Source: Antedon mediterranea
Lineage: Eukaryota; Animalia; Echinodermata
NCBI RefSeq assembly: GCF_964355755.1
Contig: NC_092677.1
Span: forward strand, 12,608,101 to 12,672,100
DNA length: 64,000 nt
Direction: 5' to 3'
The position numbers and the translations under genes are program-made. The notes under the pieces are model-generated. The model saw nothing but the letters and a program-made list of their open reading frames with translations. It made no database searches and was not told the DNA's origin. Below, piece by piece: positions 50,501 to 64,000 of the stretch. Numbering within the stretch: position 1 is the first letter of the stretch; each line of letters starts with the position of its first letter.

Positions 50501-53421
50501 TAAACAGACTCGAGAATAATTTCAATTAAGGCATAATGGATTTAATAGATTTTGTTACCAGATTCAAATCCTAAATACAGACGGCCGAGAAGCCAAAAAC
50601 GTACAAGAAGAGAGGAGAATCAATAATTTATGATTAAGAACATTCAAATAGTCATTTTCGCCTTAATTAATTATTATTCAAAACAACCTGACTGCCTTGC
50701 GCTTGCTAGATTAACGTATCATATCACTGTATTATGTTGTATTATTTAAGAGCTAACGTGCGTCTACAATTAGAATTTAAAGATTTTCTCTTGGAATTTG
50801 ATGCTTTGAGATTGTTTTCTTTCGTTATTCGGTTGTTGTTCTGATGCCTACTCATCAATAATTTTCTATGATATCTACAGTAGTTCTCATTTTGATTAAA
50901 AAGGATAAATCTTTTTTATAAATATCTTTTAAATGCACAGAGAGATACTTTATTAACAGCCTAGCAATAATACTGACCAAAAAAAAGAAGCTTAGAAGAC
51001 ATGCGAATGGAAAAAGTTCTGCTTGTTGTGTTGTGCCCTATCACTAGACCAATGGGAATTTCATTGTATGTTTAAGTATAACTTTAGATAGCAATCTCAA
51101 TATGGCACAGTGGAAAAGTGCTCATTCTTGAATTATACACACTAACTTAAGATGAGTACGAATCTATCGTGGATGTTTAAACCTTTGGCAGACTTTCTCG
51201 CCTATTTCAATTCAGTTTTTAAAAAAGATAAAAATTTACATTATATGCATCTAGTGACGTCTAACAAAGAAAAATATATCTCCACTCCAATGCAATAACC
51301 AAATCAGAACTCATTTAATATGCAATTATAAACAAATTTAATTAACTCTTCTAAAACATTAAAAAGACTTTCTTTTGTCCTTTGTACCTCAAATAAGTGT
51401 CATTTCTTTTATAATCTCCACAGACCAATAAATAATAAATGTTAAAGTAAAAGAATGAACAAAAATCATGCCACAGAGTGGGAGTATGTGTAGAAATTAA
51501 ATTTGAAATCACACATTAACCTATTCCATATTCAGCTTCATTTAAGCCTCATCAAATGTGTGATAACAATGCCTTGTATAATTTCCATCTACCGGTCTAC
51601 GATAATGAACACTTGCCCTACATTATTGATCGTGTGTATTATACTTTCGCTAATGCTTTCTAGGCGTTCAGCTTTTTTTTTTCTTCAAGGTTTTTCTCAA
51701 TAATGTCTGTTCTACGCTAACATTTCACTCAAGAAAAATTGATAATAATGTAATTATAGATAAGTAATTAAATTTGAATAAAAAAAAACATTTAAAAAAA
51801 AAGGAAAAATTGCGTAATAAAATAAAATTGAAAACATGATCCATTTTTATCATTATATCATTATAGTATTACTATGCATATGGATTCTTAAATTGCCTAT
51901 AAAAATGTAACTTTCTTTATAATTATATTATTATTTTTGTTTTGAATTTCTGCTGTTTAAATATAAACAATTCAATTACTGTATTATTTATCAAATTGGT
52001 ATATATTTTATTTTACTTGATTTATTTTTATACAATACAAGAAGATGCAATAATTTGCATGGAACCAGCGATAGCCTTCCGTCTACCAGCAGAGCATACA
52101 TCCCAAAGTGTCCCTTATACATAAAAAAGACAGGACATATTGAAGATTCAAACCAGAGATGTTAGGTTGGTAGGCAGCATCATAACCACCAAGTCACAGC
52201 TGCATTCCAAATTAAATTTGTTTTAATTTAAAATAATTGTTAAAACTACAATATTACTAAGTTTAGATTATTAATTTCTATTATCAATTAAATGACATTA
52301 TATTTATAAAATGAATACATAATTAACGACAATCAGAAAAAAAAACCAAGCCAATTATAAGACATATTGAATATGAAAAAAGCGTATACATCATACGTAA
52401 CATATGGCCAAAATTAGAATTCTGATAATATCCTAATAAATGAAATATCGCTGGATTAAAAAGCTCTTGGAATGATGCAAGTGTAATGTTGAAGCTGAAA
52501 GACCATTAAGGTAATAGCTTGCCTTCGCAAAAACTCATTAAGTCACATGCACTACAGTAGGATAACGACCAAATTTCGTCAGCCACTTAAAGTAGCCACA
52601 GAGCAACTTAAGATAAATTTTTGCTTAGGAAGTAGAATCGCACAGTTGTACATCTAATGTTGAAATTTAACTCATTAATCAACTATAACTATGTCATTTT
52701 TTTAATCACAATTTTCTATATTTGTAAAAATGTTTGTATAATAATTAACAATTTATATTATATAAATTATTAGATTTGGAGGAAAATGTGAATTACGTGT
52801 CAGGTTGCTTGCTGCTAAACATGAGCAAATATTAATTCTGTTTGTCAAATTATAAAATATGACAGTCCAGTAATAATAATAATAATAATCTTTTACTTTT
52901 TGATTTATTTAAATTTATTAATTTTTAATTTATTATTTTTTAATTCTGAAGCATATGCTTATTTGATTTTGTATACAAATCATTGAATAACTTTTTAGTT
53001 TAATAATGTAATATGTGCATTTTTACTTGTGACATCATCATCTATCATCTATTTTTGCTATCATGATCATGATCATCATCATTTCTCTATATATAATAAT
53101 CATAAATCTCTCTAATCTAAGCACCATAACCATAATCATCTTTCTAAAATATCATAATCATTATATCAAATTAATCTTAATACTACATAAGGCAATCTGA
53201 TATTGATTTTAAAATAGTCACTTATTATGTGGCTAAATTTCCTGCAATTTTTTAAGTCAAGTGTGTTACTGTTAACATTGTTTCCAACACATTGTACTGA
53301 TTTAAGTTCACAAGTTCAAGTTCCTACATAAAAACCAATATAGATAACCATGTAGTGGACGATCCAAAAAATATAGGGAGGGTGAAGGGGGTGGGGGTCA
53401 ATTTAGTCCTACTGTAATCCA

Positions 53422-53740
53422 TATTATATAACACCTATATAAATTCCTGTCATTTGATTGGACGAATGTGGGTCACATGGCGTGCAATAGTACGCACTAT
53501 TCAACGATCGTTAAATAGTACTTTTTGAAACATTTTTGTGTACGAAAAAAAAACGTCTAGATGTTATATAAAAAAAATAATGAATGTTTTGTATTCGTGT
53601 AATGGTACAAATAATGGCACTTGGTGAATGATGAAAGGTTATATCAACTCGGCTTTGCCTCGTTGATATAACCTTTCATCATTCACCTCGTGCCATTATT
53701 TGTACCATTGCACTCATAAACATTCATTATTTGTATAATA
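53422..53740 (-). mobile_element. Hairpin-terminated element, family A, copy 3
   Basis: Near-identical to 38416-38724 apart from a variable A/T linker. Confidence 0.88.
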
Positions 53741-54689
53741 TATTACAAATCTTGGATATTCAGTAAGTTCTGAAATAAGGTAATCTCATTTCATTTCATA
53801 ATAATATATTAAAGATGTGAAAATCTGAAATATTAAAAACAAAATTCTTTCGAATGAAATTTAACTGTAGATTTAAATTTAGTAACACATAACCTTTTAG
53901 ATCGACTGAAAAAATAAAGAATTTCTATAAACTGAAATGATTACTTAATAGGTCATCATCATCAATAAAATAATAATAATAATAATAATAATAGTGTCTC
54001 TTGATGTTAAAACAATACATCTCTAACTTGAATAGCATGATTTCTGAACATTTTTTTTTATTTAAAGCCATATAAGAACATAACAAAATTGTCAATCAAC
54101 AATACTAATTAAGACATCATCACGTTTGAGTACATTCACAAGAATCTAGTTTAGGCCATGTTTAATAAACAGCAACCAATTTTAATATACTACTACTACT
54201 CGGATACGAAAGATGAAGAAATTTTAGCATAAAGCGATCCAATTAAACGAAATGAAAAGAGCGGGTAATTAGTGTTTCGTACGATACATTTAGATTGAGT
54301 AAGTTCAGACAATGACGATAACAAGTATCAGAATAAGCAGCTGTTTAATAATACAATGCTATGAAGTCATTGTTGAAATAATAGTAAATATAAGAAGGAT
54401 GTTTTGTTTTCATCTTTTGTTTACAATGTATAGTAGCAAGTTATCACTTTTATTATACAATAAATTCATCTATAGTTTGTTAATATGCACACACTTAGGT
54501 AATAGTGCTTGGTTCAAATCAAACCAGTATCAGAAATCAGAATTAAGAAATGTGTCTCTCACCTGTTCTATTTTTATAATCATGTTTTGACGAAGTAGAA
54601 GTTATTATAGAGTAATTAACTCTAATAATTCGGAACCTATGTTTTCCATACTTCCTCCTTTTTTTTTATAAACTTATTTAGCCATTTTT

Positions 54690-55058
54690 ACTTATTTATT
54701 TAATTATTTATATTTATTTATTTATTATTTTTCTTATTTATTTATTAAATTATTTAATTAATTTATTTATTATTTTTTTAATTTATTTAATTATTTTTAT
54801 TTATTTATTTATTATTTTTCTTATTTATTTATTAAATTATTTTATTTATTTATTTATTATTTTTTTAATTTATTTAATTATTTTTATTTATTTATTATTT
54901 TTCTTATTTATTTATTAAATTATTTTATTTATTTATTTATTATTTTTTTAATTTATTTAATTATTTTTATTTATTTATTTATTATTTTTCTTATTTATTT
55001 TTTAAATTATTTAATTATTTTTATTGATTTATTAATTATTTTTCTTATTTATTTATTA
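54690..55058. repeat. AT-only (TTTA-based) low-complexity tract with ~70-80 bp higher-order repeat
   Basis: TTATTTTTCTTATTTATTTATTAAATTATTT recurs about five times. Confidence 0.9.
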
Positions 55059-55208
55059 AGGCTCGCCCACTTCATGATGTTTATCTTCATCTTTCTAGGC
55101 ATCTGCCTTCATTCTCTGACCTATTATTATATTATTTGCATTGTATTTTTCCTTACCTTTTTTGTCAGAGTTTGTAAATAAATGTTATGAATGAATGTTA
55201 TGAATGAT
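55059..55208 (+). mobile_element. Probable LINE 3' UTR remnant
   Basis: Hairpin CTCTGAC...GTCAGAG, then AATAAA and a (TGAA)-type tail. Confidence 0.4.
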
Positions 55209-57236
55209 TTAAAATTAAGAAATACTCTTTATATACATTATACATATATGAAAAAATGGTTCTTTAAAACCAGTATTAAAGGTAGAGCATTACAAAATAT
55301 TTATATAAAAAGTACAACTAATAAGTTAATACAGTAAACGTTTCTTAAACTTAATTATTTGGAAAAAAAAGTGTACCTTTTTCTGTTAAGGAAAACTGAC
55401 CAATCTTACCTTGTTAAAGTTACTGAACTTTACATTCCATAATGCTACTGGCAGAGCTAACCAATCAGAAGGCTCACAGTTCACAAACTATCAACCAATC
55501 AGTATTTAGGACTGAGACTTGCTTTTAAAGTAAACAAAGTAGTGGCAATACTCAAGGTGAGAGTTATTGATGACTCTGAAAAAATGTAAATAGGTGTTCT
55601 AAATTGTAATTTTTATTTTAATTACATATCTTAGTTTTAATCTGTATCAATATGGATGAATCTAACAAATATATCTGATGAAAAAACCTAACATGATAAA
55701 AACGAACATTAGTATATTGAAAAAGAGATATTTTTTCATAGCATAAATAACAATATTTAATATGCATGTAAACATTATTATAAAAGGTATATTATTATAT
55801 ATAAAGGAATATTTTTCAAAATTCAAAAAATTTCTTAAAAATATTATATACAATAATTAAACATGTTAAGATTTGTACAAACCAAAAGCATCGAGACAAA
55901 GTCTAGTTGGAATAGTTTGCATTGTATTAATGGCCTATAGAAGATATATAATTTTATTAGCAACGAAAGACATATGGCTTTTATTGTTTATATTACCATC
56001 ATATATTTGTAAGATTACTACAGTCGTTGAATCACATGAGCGTGTTATTAATTAAACATCCAAGGATAGATTGAAATTTCAACAAAGATTAAAACTGACA
56101 ACGGTTGACATTCAGATTGTTATATTATTATGCATGGTTCTCAAAAACCGCATTATGGATTAAAATGATACTTTACACAGGTGTAGAGATTCTGTAGAGG
56201 AATTATAATATGATTATTAAATTTTATTCAAAATCTTAAATATATGCTTTGCTCCCCATGTCATGTTGACCATTCTAAACATGGGAAATCAACACAAAAT
56301 AGATGAATATAGGTTTAGGTTTATGACAGATAAAAGAATAAACATAGACAGTTAACAACATCTAGGATTTGATTGCGCTTCCTGTTATTTGAATGTTTTG
56401 TTTGATTTCATTCCGCACTAATGATTTTAAAAAAAGTATTTTATAATTAAAATCTTAATATGATTTTGTTGTATTAACTACTACAAGGCTGTGTATTCAT
56501 AACATGCAATCTTGCATATTCTTTTAATCTGTATATAAACTTAAAATATTTCAATGGAAGAACAGACAATGGATTCCACGTTGCAGTTAATGCAGTTGGC
56601 GTGGTTCACAATACGCCCTCGTGTGTGTCAATTGATCAATTGTCTAATCTCAGAACACGTTAATTAGTATGACCTGGAGAGGGCATGACTCTAATTAGCG
56701 AGTGTATTTTGAGACAATACACGGTACTTCATTAGTAACTCGGTTTAAAAGGTCATATACTCGAGGAAAGCTTTTGATTATCTTACAACATTGACTCAAA
56801 TCACACAACAGCATTTTATAATTAAAGTGTACTACAGAATTTGTAATTTGTAGCACTGTTTGTTGTGGTAGCAGCTAAACTATTAATATTTCAGTAGTGT
56901 AGTACTAGTAGTTACAAAAGATCAATATCATTCCACCACCACCACCACCACCAAGGAGATTCGAAAAGGTAAACAAAAAAATGGTAAAACAATGTTTCTA
57001 GAGTTTTTCACAGTGTAAAGTTGTAATTTTATGGATTTGCGGAGAAAAGTGGGGACCATCCTCCTTAAAAAAATGCCCTCCATCCTCTAAAAATCTGCTC
57101 CAGTGTTTAAATTGTATGCTAACCTTCTTGAATTAACATCATGTAGACGGTCAAAGCATAGGCCTATTGGTAGAATACATTATGGTGTAATACTGGGTTT
57201 ACATTATCCTGCCTTTAATACTCTTTGTCCAGCTTA

Positions 57237-57395
57237 AGCTTGGTTCCCACTAGAACATGGACGTAAGCCGCAACACAAGCGAATTGACCAATCCTAACCG
57301 GCAGTTCGAATAATCCATTGCTTTTGATTGGTCAATTTTCTTGCGTTGTGGCTTACATCTTTGCATTTTGCATCAGTCCTAGTGGGAACCAAGCT
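57237..57395. mobile_element. PIF/Harbinger-type foldback MITE (159 bp)
   Basis: Perfect 17-bp TIR AGCTTGGTTCCCACTAG; TTA at 57234-57236 and 57396-57398; internal arms GTAAGCCGCAACACAAGCGAATTGACCAATC / GATTGGTCAATTTTCTTGCGTTGTGGCTTAC. Confidence 0.92.
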
Positions 57396-60300
57396 TTAGT
57401 GTGTGAATAGCTTCATAACATTACCAATAAAGAAATACATTATTTCTTTATAGTTTATCATAGAATATGTCAGGCCAACAGACAGAATATCTCACAATCG
57501 CCCCTAGGCAAGGTCAACTCAATCTTGTTTGCTCTTAATAAATAATATTATATTACAATATTCCAAGTTTGAGAAAACAATATTAACTGATTGACAGATC
57601 ACTGGATGGATGAACTAACAACGATTGGTTGATTGACACTTAAAAGAAGAATTGTATGAATTGAATAAATGTACCAAGAAAAATGATGTGGAAAATGAGG
57701 ATCCAAACCTGGCTGGAGTAATATTTATGCATCGTTTAGTGTGCAGGGGTGGATCCTGGGATAGCATGTGCTTCCTCCATTGACATCTAAAATAAAGTTA
57801 TGAACTACTTTTTGATGTATATTTTTTGACAGACTATTTAATAATGTGAGCAGTCTTCCAGGGTTGGGTAGGGGGACTGCATTCGAGCCAGTATAGTAAT
57901 TATAGGAGTATTGTATACTCTTAGATCCAGCCAGTCTTTTGTATCATTGTTTTTTTTTCCAGATTTATTTTCAGAATATTCCTTTGAATTTCAATCAAGT
58001 AACCAATTAGGTTAAAATAGAAACATTATATTAAAATAAATTAAAGGAAATATTAATAGTTATAAATCAAAATTAAAGAAAATATACTGTTTTTGTTTGA
58101 ATATATCTTGACTGACTGCTTTTCAAAATTTAATTGCTGAAATTTTAATAATTAAATTAATTTTCTTCTGCAAGTCATAAATCAAATGAACGTCATAAAA
58201 CAGCAACTGCCACGATCAACAAAATATACTCCTTTACAAATTAAATATAAATGCGAATTAAAAAAAAATAATGAAAGAAATCAATCAATCGCTGCTAATT
58301 AAAATGCATACATTTTGTCTTATTACAATGAAAGAATAATGAATGCCTGGGTGGATAAAATGTATTGTATCACATCATCTGCTGTTTTAATTTCATACAT
58401 GTCCCCAACAGGTTCAAGGTTATTTGTGATTGACTTTTCAGATGTTTACAATAATACTCATAAACACATTTCAAATAATGAAGAGAAGAACATGATTTTA
58501 CGAGTTATATAAGGTATTTAATATATATTCATGTACAGGTACTAATCACCATTCATTGGTGTCCCATCACTGGTCATCCATCCGTAATAAATTATCCCGT
58601 ACATCGTAAATTGCTACAAGGTTCTTTCAGTCTTAGGTAGAATTTCTAAAACAGGTAATCAAACTTTATTGAAGTTTTTGTATAACAAAATATGAGGGGT
58701 GAGGCAAACTTTTCATATAGTTCTGCGGTGAACTTCTCTTAGTCTTAATTAACACTGGGTATCTAGTAGTTTCCCTGTGCATGCAAAGCTCATTCCATGG
58801 AAATGTGAACTATATGAACACATAAAATATAAGAGACTCTATTTATTTTTGATTGAGCAACATTCCACAATAACTTCAACCACTAGGGATGCCACAGAAT
58901 CAAAAGAATAATTTTTTTTTAAGAAAAAAAAGAATATGATAGTTTGTATACAGAAGGTCTTATGGCATCAATGCCGTCAGAGAAGTTTATCAGGCACTGA
59001 AAAGTTGATAATTAAAGTTGAAGCAAAGAAGAATCATCGGCATGGTTTGGGAGTCTTTACCAATACCACACACTTGATAAAAACATGTGGTTGGAAAAAT
59101 AAGTGAAGCCCAAACTTGAAATTAAACATTTAAGCCATACGTAGCTTATTATTACCCTCATTTCCTATAATCATTGAAAGTTACCCTAATTGGAGAAAAT
59201 CAATAAACATACATACCCATGTATCCGATTGAGAATAAAAATAATGTAAAATTGTAAACAAAGGGTATAGTACCTATTATTTCCCTGGGGTTCCGCTTGA
59301 AAAATATTGAAATCTTTATACAAACTGTTAATTTTGTGTGGAGGAGACTCATTGAAATATAGCATCATCTGTTAAAGGCATATAATTACCTGAAAGAGAG
59401 CAATAAATATCATAGAATAATATAATATGGTTTTCAAAAATGTATTTACTTTTCAATAAACATGACGATGTGAAAACCAAATCACTTCAACAGCTTTGAT
59501 AATAAGTAGCGGATCCAGAATGACAGCCTAAAAAAGATGAAATTATGTTTTGAACCTAACTAGTGACCTATCTTTTGCATTATAATTTGCAAATTTAGGA
59601 AAGATAGGGCTAGGGACAAAGGTGAAGGGAGTAAGCCGAGGCCGGCTATGTAGCTTTGCTTTCCCCTTGCAGTGGGCTGGGATGATGAATTTTTAAATTA
59701 TTGTTTTGAATGTGACATTGTGAGATGTTTTATGTAGCATTTTTAGTTGGGATCCTATTTCTTCAAATTCTCCTTCAAACTGTTTCCTCAACTTCTCTCA
59801 TCCATTGATATTACTATCAGCTTAGTATTAACTATGACATTGACATTAATTTTATTGAGTATAAAATTGCATAATATTCTTTAGGGTTTTATTGTTGTCT
59901 TTTACCTTTTATAATGGCGTAAAAGGAAATTGGAGATGCATGTCCTTGTAGACACGTACTTGCTTAAGGCCTACAAAATAAGAAATCACAACTAATGTAT
60001 CTGTCACTTTGATTTAGTATTTATTCTTTGTAAAATTAACAAGATTAACTTTACCCCCTTATGAGTTCCGTTTCTCCCTCCTTACAAAATGCTTTACAGA
60101 CTTAATGTAGGTTGTGAAAAGAAAAATCTTATTTCGTTAAAAAAAAATCATTATATAATGCGAGAATCTGCTAAAGCTCAATTTAGTATTTGAAAATTAT
60201 TAAAGGTTTTCTACACATAATTAGATTATTAGATGATACCCCTAAACAAACGATGAAGAAAACTAAAAGTATTGTAAATGAAGAAGAGAGGAAGACCAAC

Positions 60301-62425
60301 AAATAACTTTTAAGAAGAATTTATTTGGAAATCATCTTTACTAAAATAAAAGTATGTGAAAGTTAAAACCACAGCAGTAAAAAAATGATGCACTGAAAAT
60401 AATGTCTCACAAACTTTGTCAGTTTACTATTGTATATTATTTACTGTTTTTATTTACTCATTACCCCTTCTATGAGTTTTTTACATGCTTTTTTACCTAT
60501 TTTTAGAATAAATAGCTCTGGGATTACAAATATGTTTACAGCATTACACTCTATTCCCTAATGGTCATCCAGGTAAATGAGTAATAGACTAACTGCTATT
60601 TGTTTTTAGTTGTTTATTTCACATCAAACATTAAAATTACTTCAAAATGGAGAGATAACAGTATGTAAGCCGCAACAAGCCGCTTATAAGGACGATCGGG
60701 GCAATGGCCTAATGATTACGGTAGGACCTAATCCATCGGCTGTGTTTCAAATCATGAAAATAGGAATCTTTGCATTAAATATTTAAAGCGGCTTTCGTTG
60801 ACATAATTCCTTGCATGGTGCATACCAATATGATCGAATGTGATAGATCTCTACCAATGTGTTATATCTTAACCATAGGATCAGGAATTGAAATTGATGG
60901 TGGGTTAAGGGTTATTTATGGCTGCAAGATCACTAGAGAGAGCATCATTTATCCTACAGGATTCAACTCAGGTGTGAAATTGACACCTCAGTCATGTTAG
61001 CTGTGTATATATAAAATAAATAATAGTAAGTCCCTAATATAAGATTTCCTTCAAATCAGAAAAATAATTCTAGGAATTATAGTCAATCTTGGGACTTGGG
61101 GAATGAAACATTTTGAAGGTGTTATTGCGTTTGAGTACATTATTAGAAAACACGGTCTTTGGGTGAATTATGATGAATAAACTGGCAAGGAAATATTAGA
61201 ATGGCAACATATGGATAGAGGGAGGAAGGTAACAAAAAGATGGAGATAAGATCTGAACGAAACTATGTTTCTTACAATACTTAGTGGTAATTTTATATGA
61301 TGTACTGTGCAACAAGTATACACGTTTTTAAAGGAAAATATTAGTAATATTACATAATATTTTATTATGGTATGTGTTCCTGAACATCAGCCTGACCCTC
61401 TTTTTCCACTCCTTCATCCACACTCTACAAAGTCTCAAAATCTGGGATGCTCCACTGATGGCAAGCAATCAATCACCATATTCATATTGTTATAAGGTAT
61501 TATTGAGACAAGCAGATAACACACAAAACATTTATAGGTTAGTACATTTGATAAAAAAATACATTTTAACTGAAAGAGTATAGCTTTAAGAAACATCCTA
61601 AAACCAGTACGATAATAAGTATGCAATGCTTTAGTAAGCTGGTTTAATACAATCCTAATTACAAAAGTACATTAAAAATGACAGACAGAAGTTAATACGT
61701 GGTCATAATTGTAATGGAGAAAATTTGATATTCAATAAGTGATATCACATTTTTTTTAAATAATAAAAATGTGATATGATTCCGTGCGTCGCTATAATGT
61801 TACCATACTATGCTGGATAAATTAATCATATATATAAAAAGTCCTACTGATTCAAATTATCAAAGTTATGATTAATGATTTCATTTGAGATTAAAATTGT
61901 TTGATATAATTCACGGAGGCATAGAGGTATTGGACAGTTGGATTAACTGCCTAATAACGAAAACATTTTCTAGCTCTTCCATCATTATGAGTTATAGTTT
62001 TTTAACGAAATGGAAAATGCAGATGTGCTCGGGAGAAATTAACAAATTAGAAATATAATGCCACATTTGAGTATACTTATTGTCTCAACATAATGTTGGA
62101 TTTTTACCATTAGCTAATGATTATTATAATAATAATACCTAGAGTATATAGGCCTAATAATGTTAATGATGAACATGGATACATATATAATGTGTATTCC
62201 CTGTTTTTAATAAGTTTGATCACTCAAGTTATTGACGCACATTTATGAACACTTGCTAGTATATTTCAAAACTCATTTACCTGTGTGTATTTAGTGCTAC
62301 CAGTGCTCGCAAGTACAATTTTTGTTATGGGAGTGGATGACATACAGTGACTCATACCAAATGGTCTGCTGGTGATTTTTATGTTTTTAATACAACTTTT
62401 TAAATATTTTATCAATTATACATCA

Positions 62426-62675
62426 ATAATAATAATAATAATAATAAACAGTATTTATATAGCGCCTAATGGATCACTGACCCCTCTAGGTGCTTTACAT
62501 AGGACCTTAACTAATGGTAATAAACTATCCCCCGCCGGACACCATTCCGGTATTTCTTAGTCGAGGTTTCGGGGATGGAGACAATCAATAATGTGAAAAA
62601 AAAAAATGTAACAAAGCTTAACTATGCTTAACTAAGGTAAAACTATCCCCCGCCGGACACCATCCCAGTTTTACT
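62426..62675 (-). mobile_element. SINE/L2-type 3' portion with an internal direct repeat
   Basis: (AAT)n tail plus ATTTATATAGCGCC...GGTGCTTTACA; AAACTATCCCCCGCCGGACACCAT present twice (~62522, ~62640). Confidence 0.65.
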
Positions 62676-64000
62676 ACTGCCAGTTGTGATTATTTTTTTA
62701 AAAATAAACTTGGAATAAATTTGGAATAGAGTGACTTTTACTAATTTAATTCTACCAATACAGTTTCCCATGACTATGAACACCTAGGAGAAGAGAGGAG
62801 AGAGCAATTCAACCTAACAACTACTTCAATCAACCAATTAAAAGACTGCATAAATGTGGATCCAAGAAGAGGGTTAGAGAAATTCAATGGAAAAAATAGA
62901 ACTTAAGTTTGGCACTAAATTTTTAAATTTTTAGCCTCTCACACCTCCTAATTCAAAATACTTGAACTGTAAATTACATACCAAAACATATCAACAGTAT
63001 GTTTGTCCACCTTTTTGTCCATCTTAACCATTCCATAATGTATTTATTCATCTCTCAACTATCGCAATAATTTCATAAATAAAATGAATTGAATGAATTC
63101 TTCATCATCACTCATCTATGCCAACAAGATTCATTTATTTACTACTATCGATAAACCTTTCATCCATTGTCTACAATATACAACTTAAGACAATACAACA
63201 TAACCATCGTTAAAAACTTTAACACCATGCGAATCTCCTCATTTACACATGCACTCATTTACACGTCTATTAATTAGATCAGTCACACATTTTTTTCTTT
63301 AATGTTCTCCATTAACTTTCATTTGATTGGAAATTTCTCACTTGGATGTACCAAGTTAACCATGCATACATCAACACGTTCGTTTATGTTTTTAATGAAT
63401 GCCTTTATTACAGAATCCACTATATTGCAAATTGGTTGTAAATGAGTTCAGACGAGCCTACATTTTAAAAATTTACTCAGCCATGTTTCCATGCAATAAT
63501 TATTATGTATTCATAATATCATACATTAATTTTCCATATTTTTAAGATACATTATTTTTATTAATTTGTTTATCTTTTAAAAGATCACTTTCCAATCAGA
63601 GTTTACTGGCTTTCTTATCAAATTTGATCTGTTTTAGAAAACTGTAGTATTACTAGTTTTAGCAGGATGGCCAAGCCACCTACACAGCAGTTGTCAAGCA
63701 AAAAATCATTCTACAAAGTTGATTGGCACATCATGAAAATAAAAGCTCCCTAATGTCCAAACTTAATGCAAAATTTTGAAGATTTCTGACCAAGCTTATT
63801 GGACCTAAGACTCAACATCTTTCCCTCCCCCTCCGCCCCCCCCCCCCCCCTGAAGAAAAGTATGAACCTTAAAATAAATATAGGTCAACAACCTATTTGC
63901 GCATGGTTATATAAAGCGTAGGTTGTCTTTCATTATCAATACGGTACTATCTAATATATTGTTGGTATTAAAAAGTTATTAACAAAGGATTTAATCCAAT

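Overview
AT-rich (roughly 70% by eye) genomic DNA of an animal, not a prokaryote. It has spliceosomal introns, tRNA-derived SINEs, LINE tails and many non-autonomous DNA transposons. The repeat repertoire suggests a marine invertebrate, possibly an echinoderm, but that is a guess. One protein-coding gene is well supported: a two-exon thiamine triphosphatase (THTPA, CYTH family; 6383-6890 + 10611-10711, 202 aa). It is driven from a CpG-rich, probably bidirectional promoter at about 4800-6380, and a divergent minus-strand gene probably runs off the left edge. The remaining ~53 kb has no convincing CDS. It is a gene desert or long intron filled with PIF/Harbinger, Kolobok, hAT and Tc1/mariner-type MITEs, a nested stack of Helentron-associated elements, hairpin elements, SINEs, minisatellites and candidate enhancers. 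The most interesting signals are four: (1) abundant TACWGTA and TAGGCCTA motifs that look like transposon excision scars, with one directly visible CTGTA insertion at a TA between two paralogous repeat copies; (2) self-nested Helentron-type elements; (3) two non-homologous hairpin element families sharing one architecture and a GA/GA mini-hairpin tip; (4) a minimal hammerhead ribozyme motif in a Penelope-like remnant. Counts were made by eye and are approximate.
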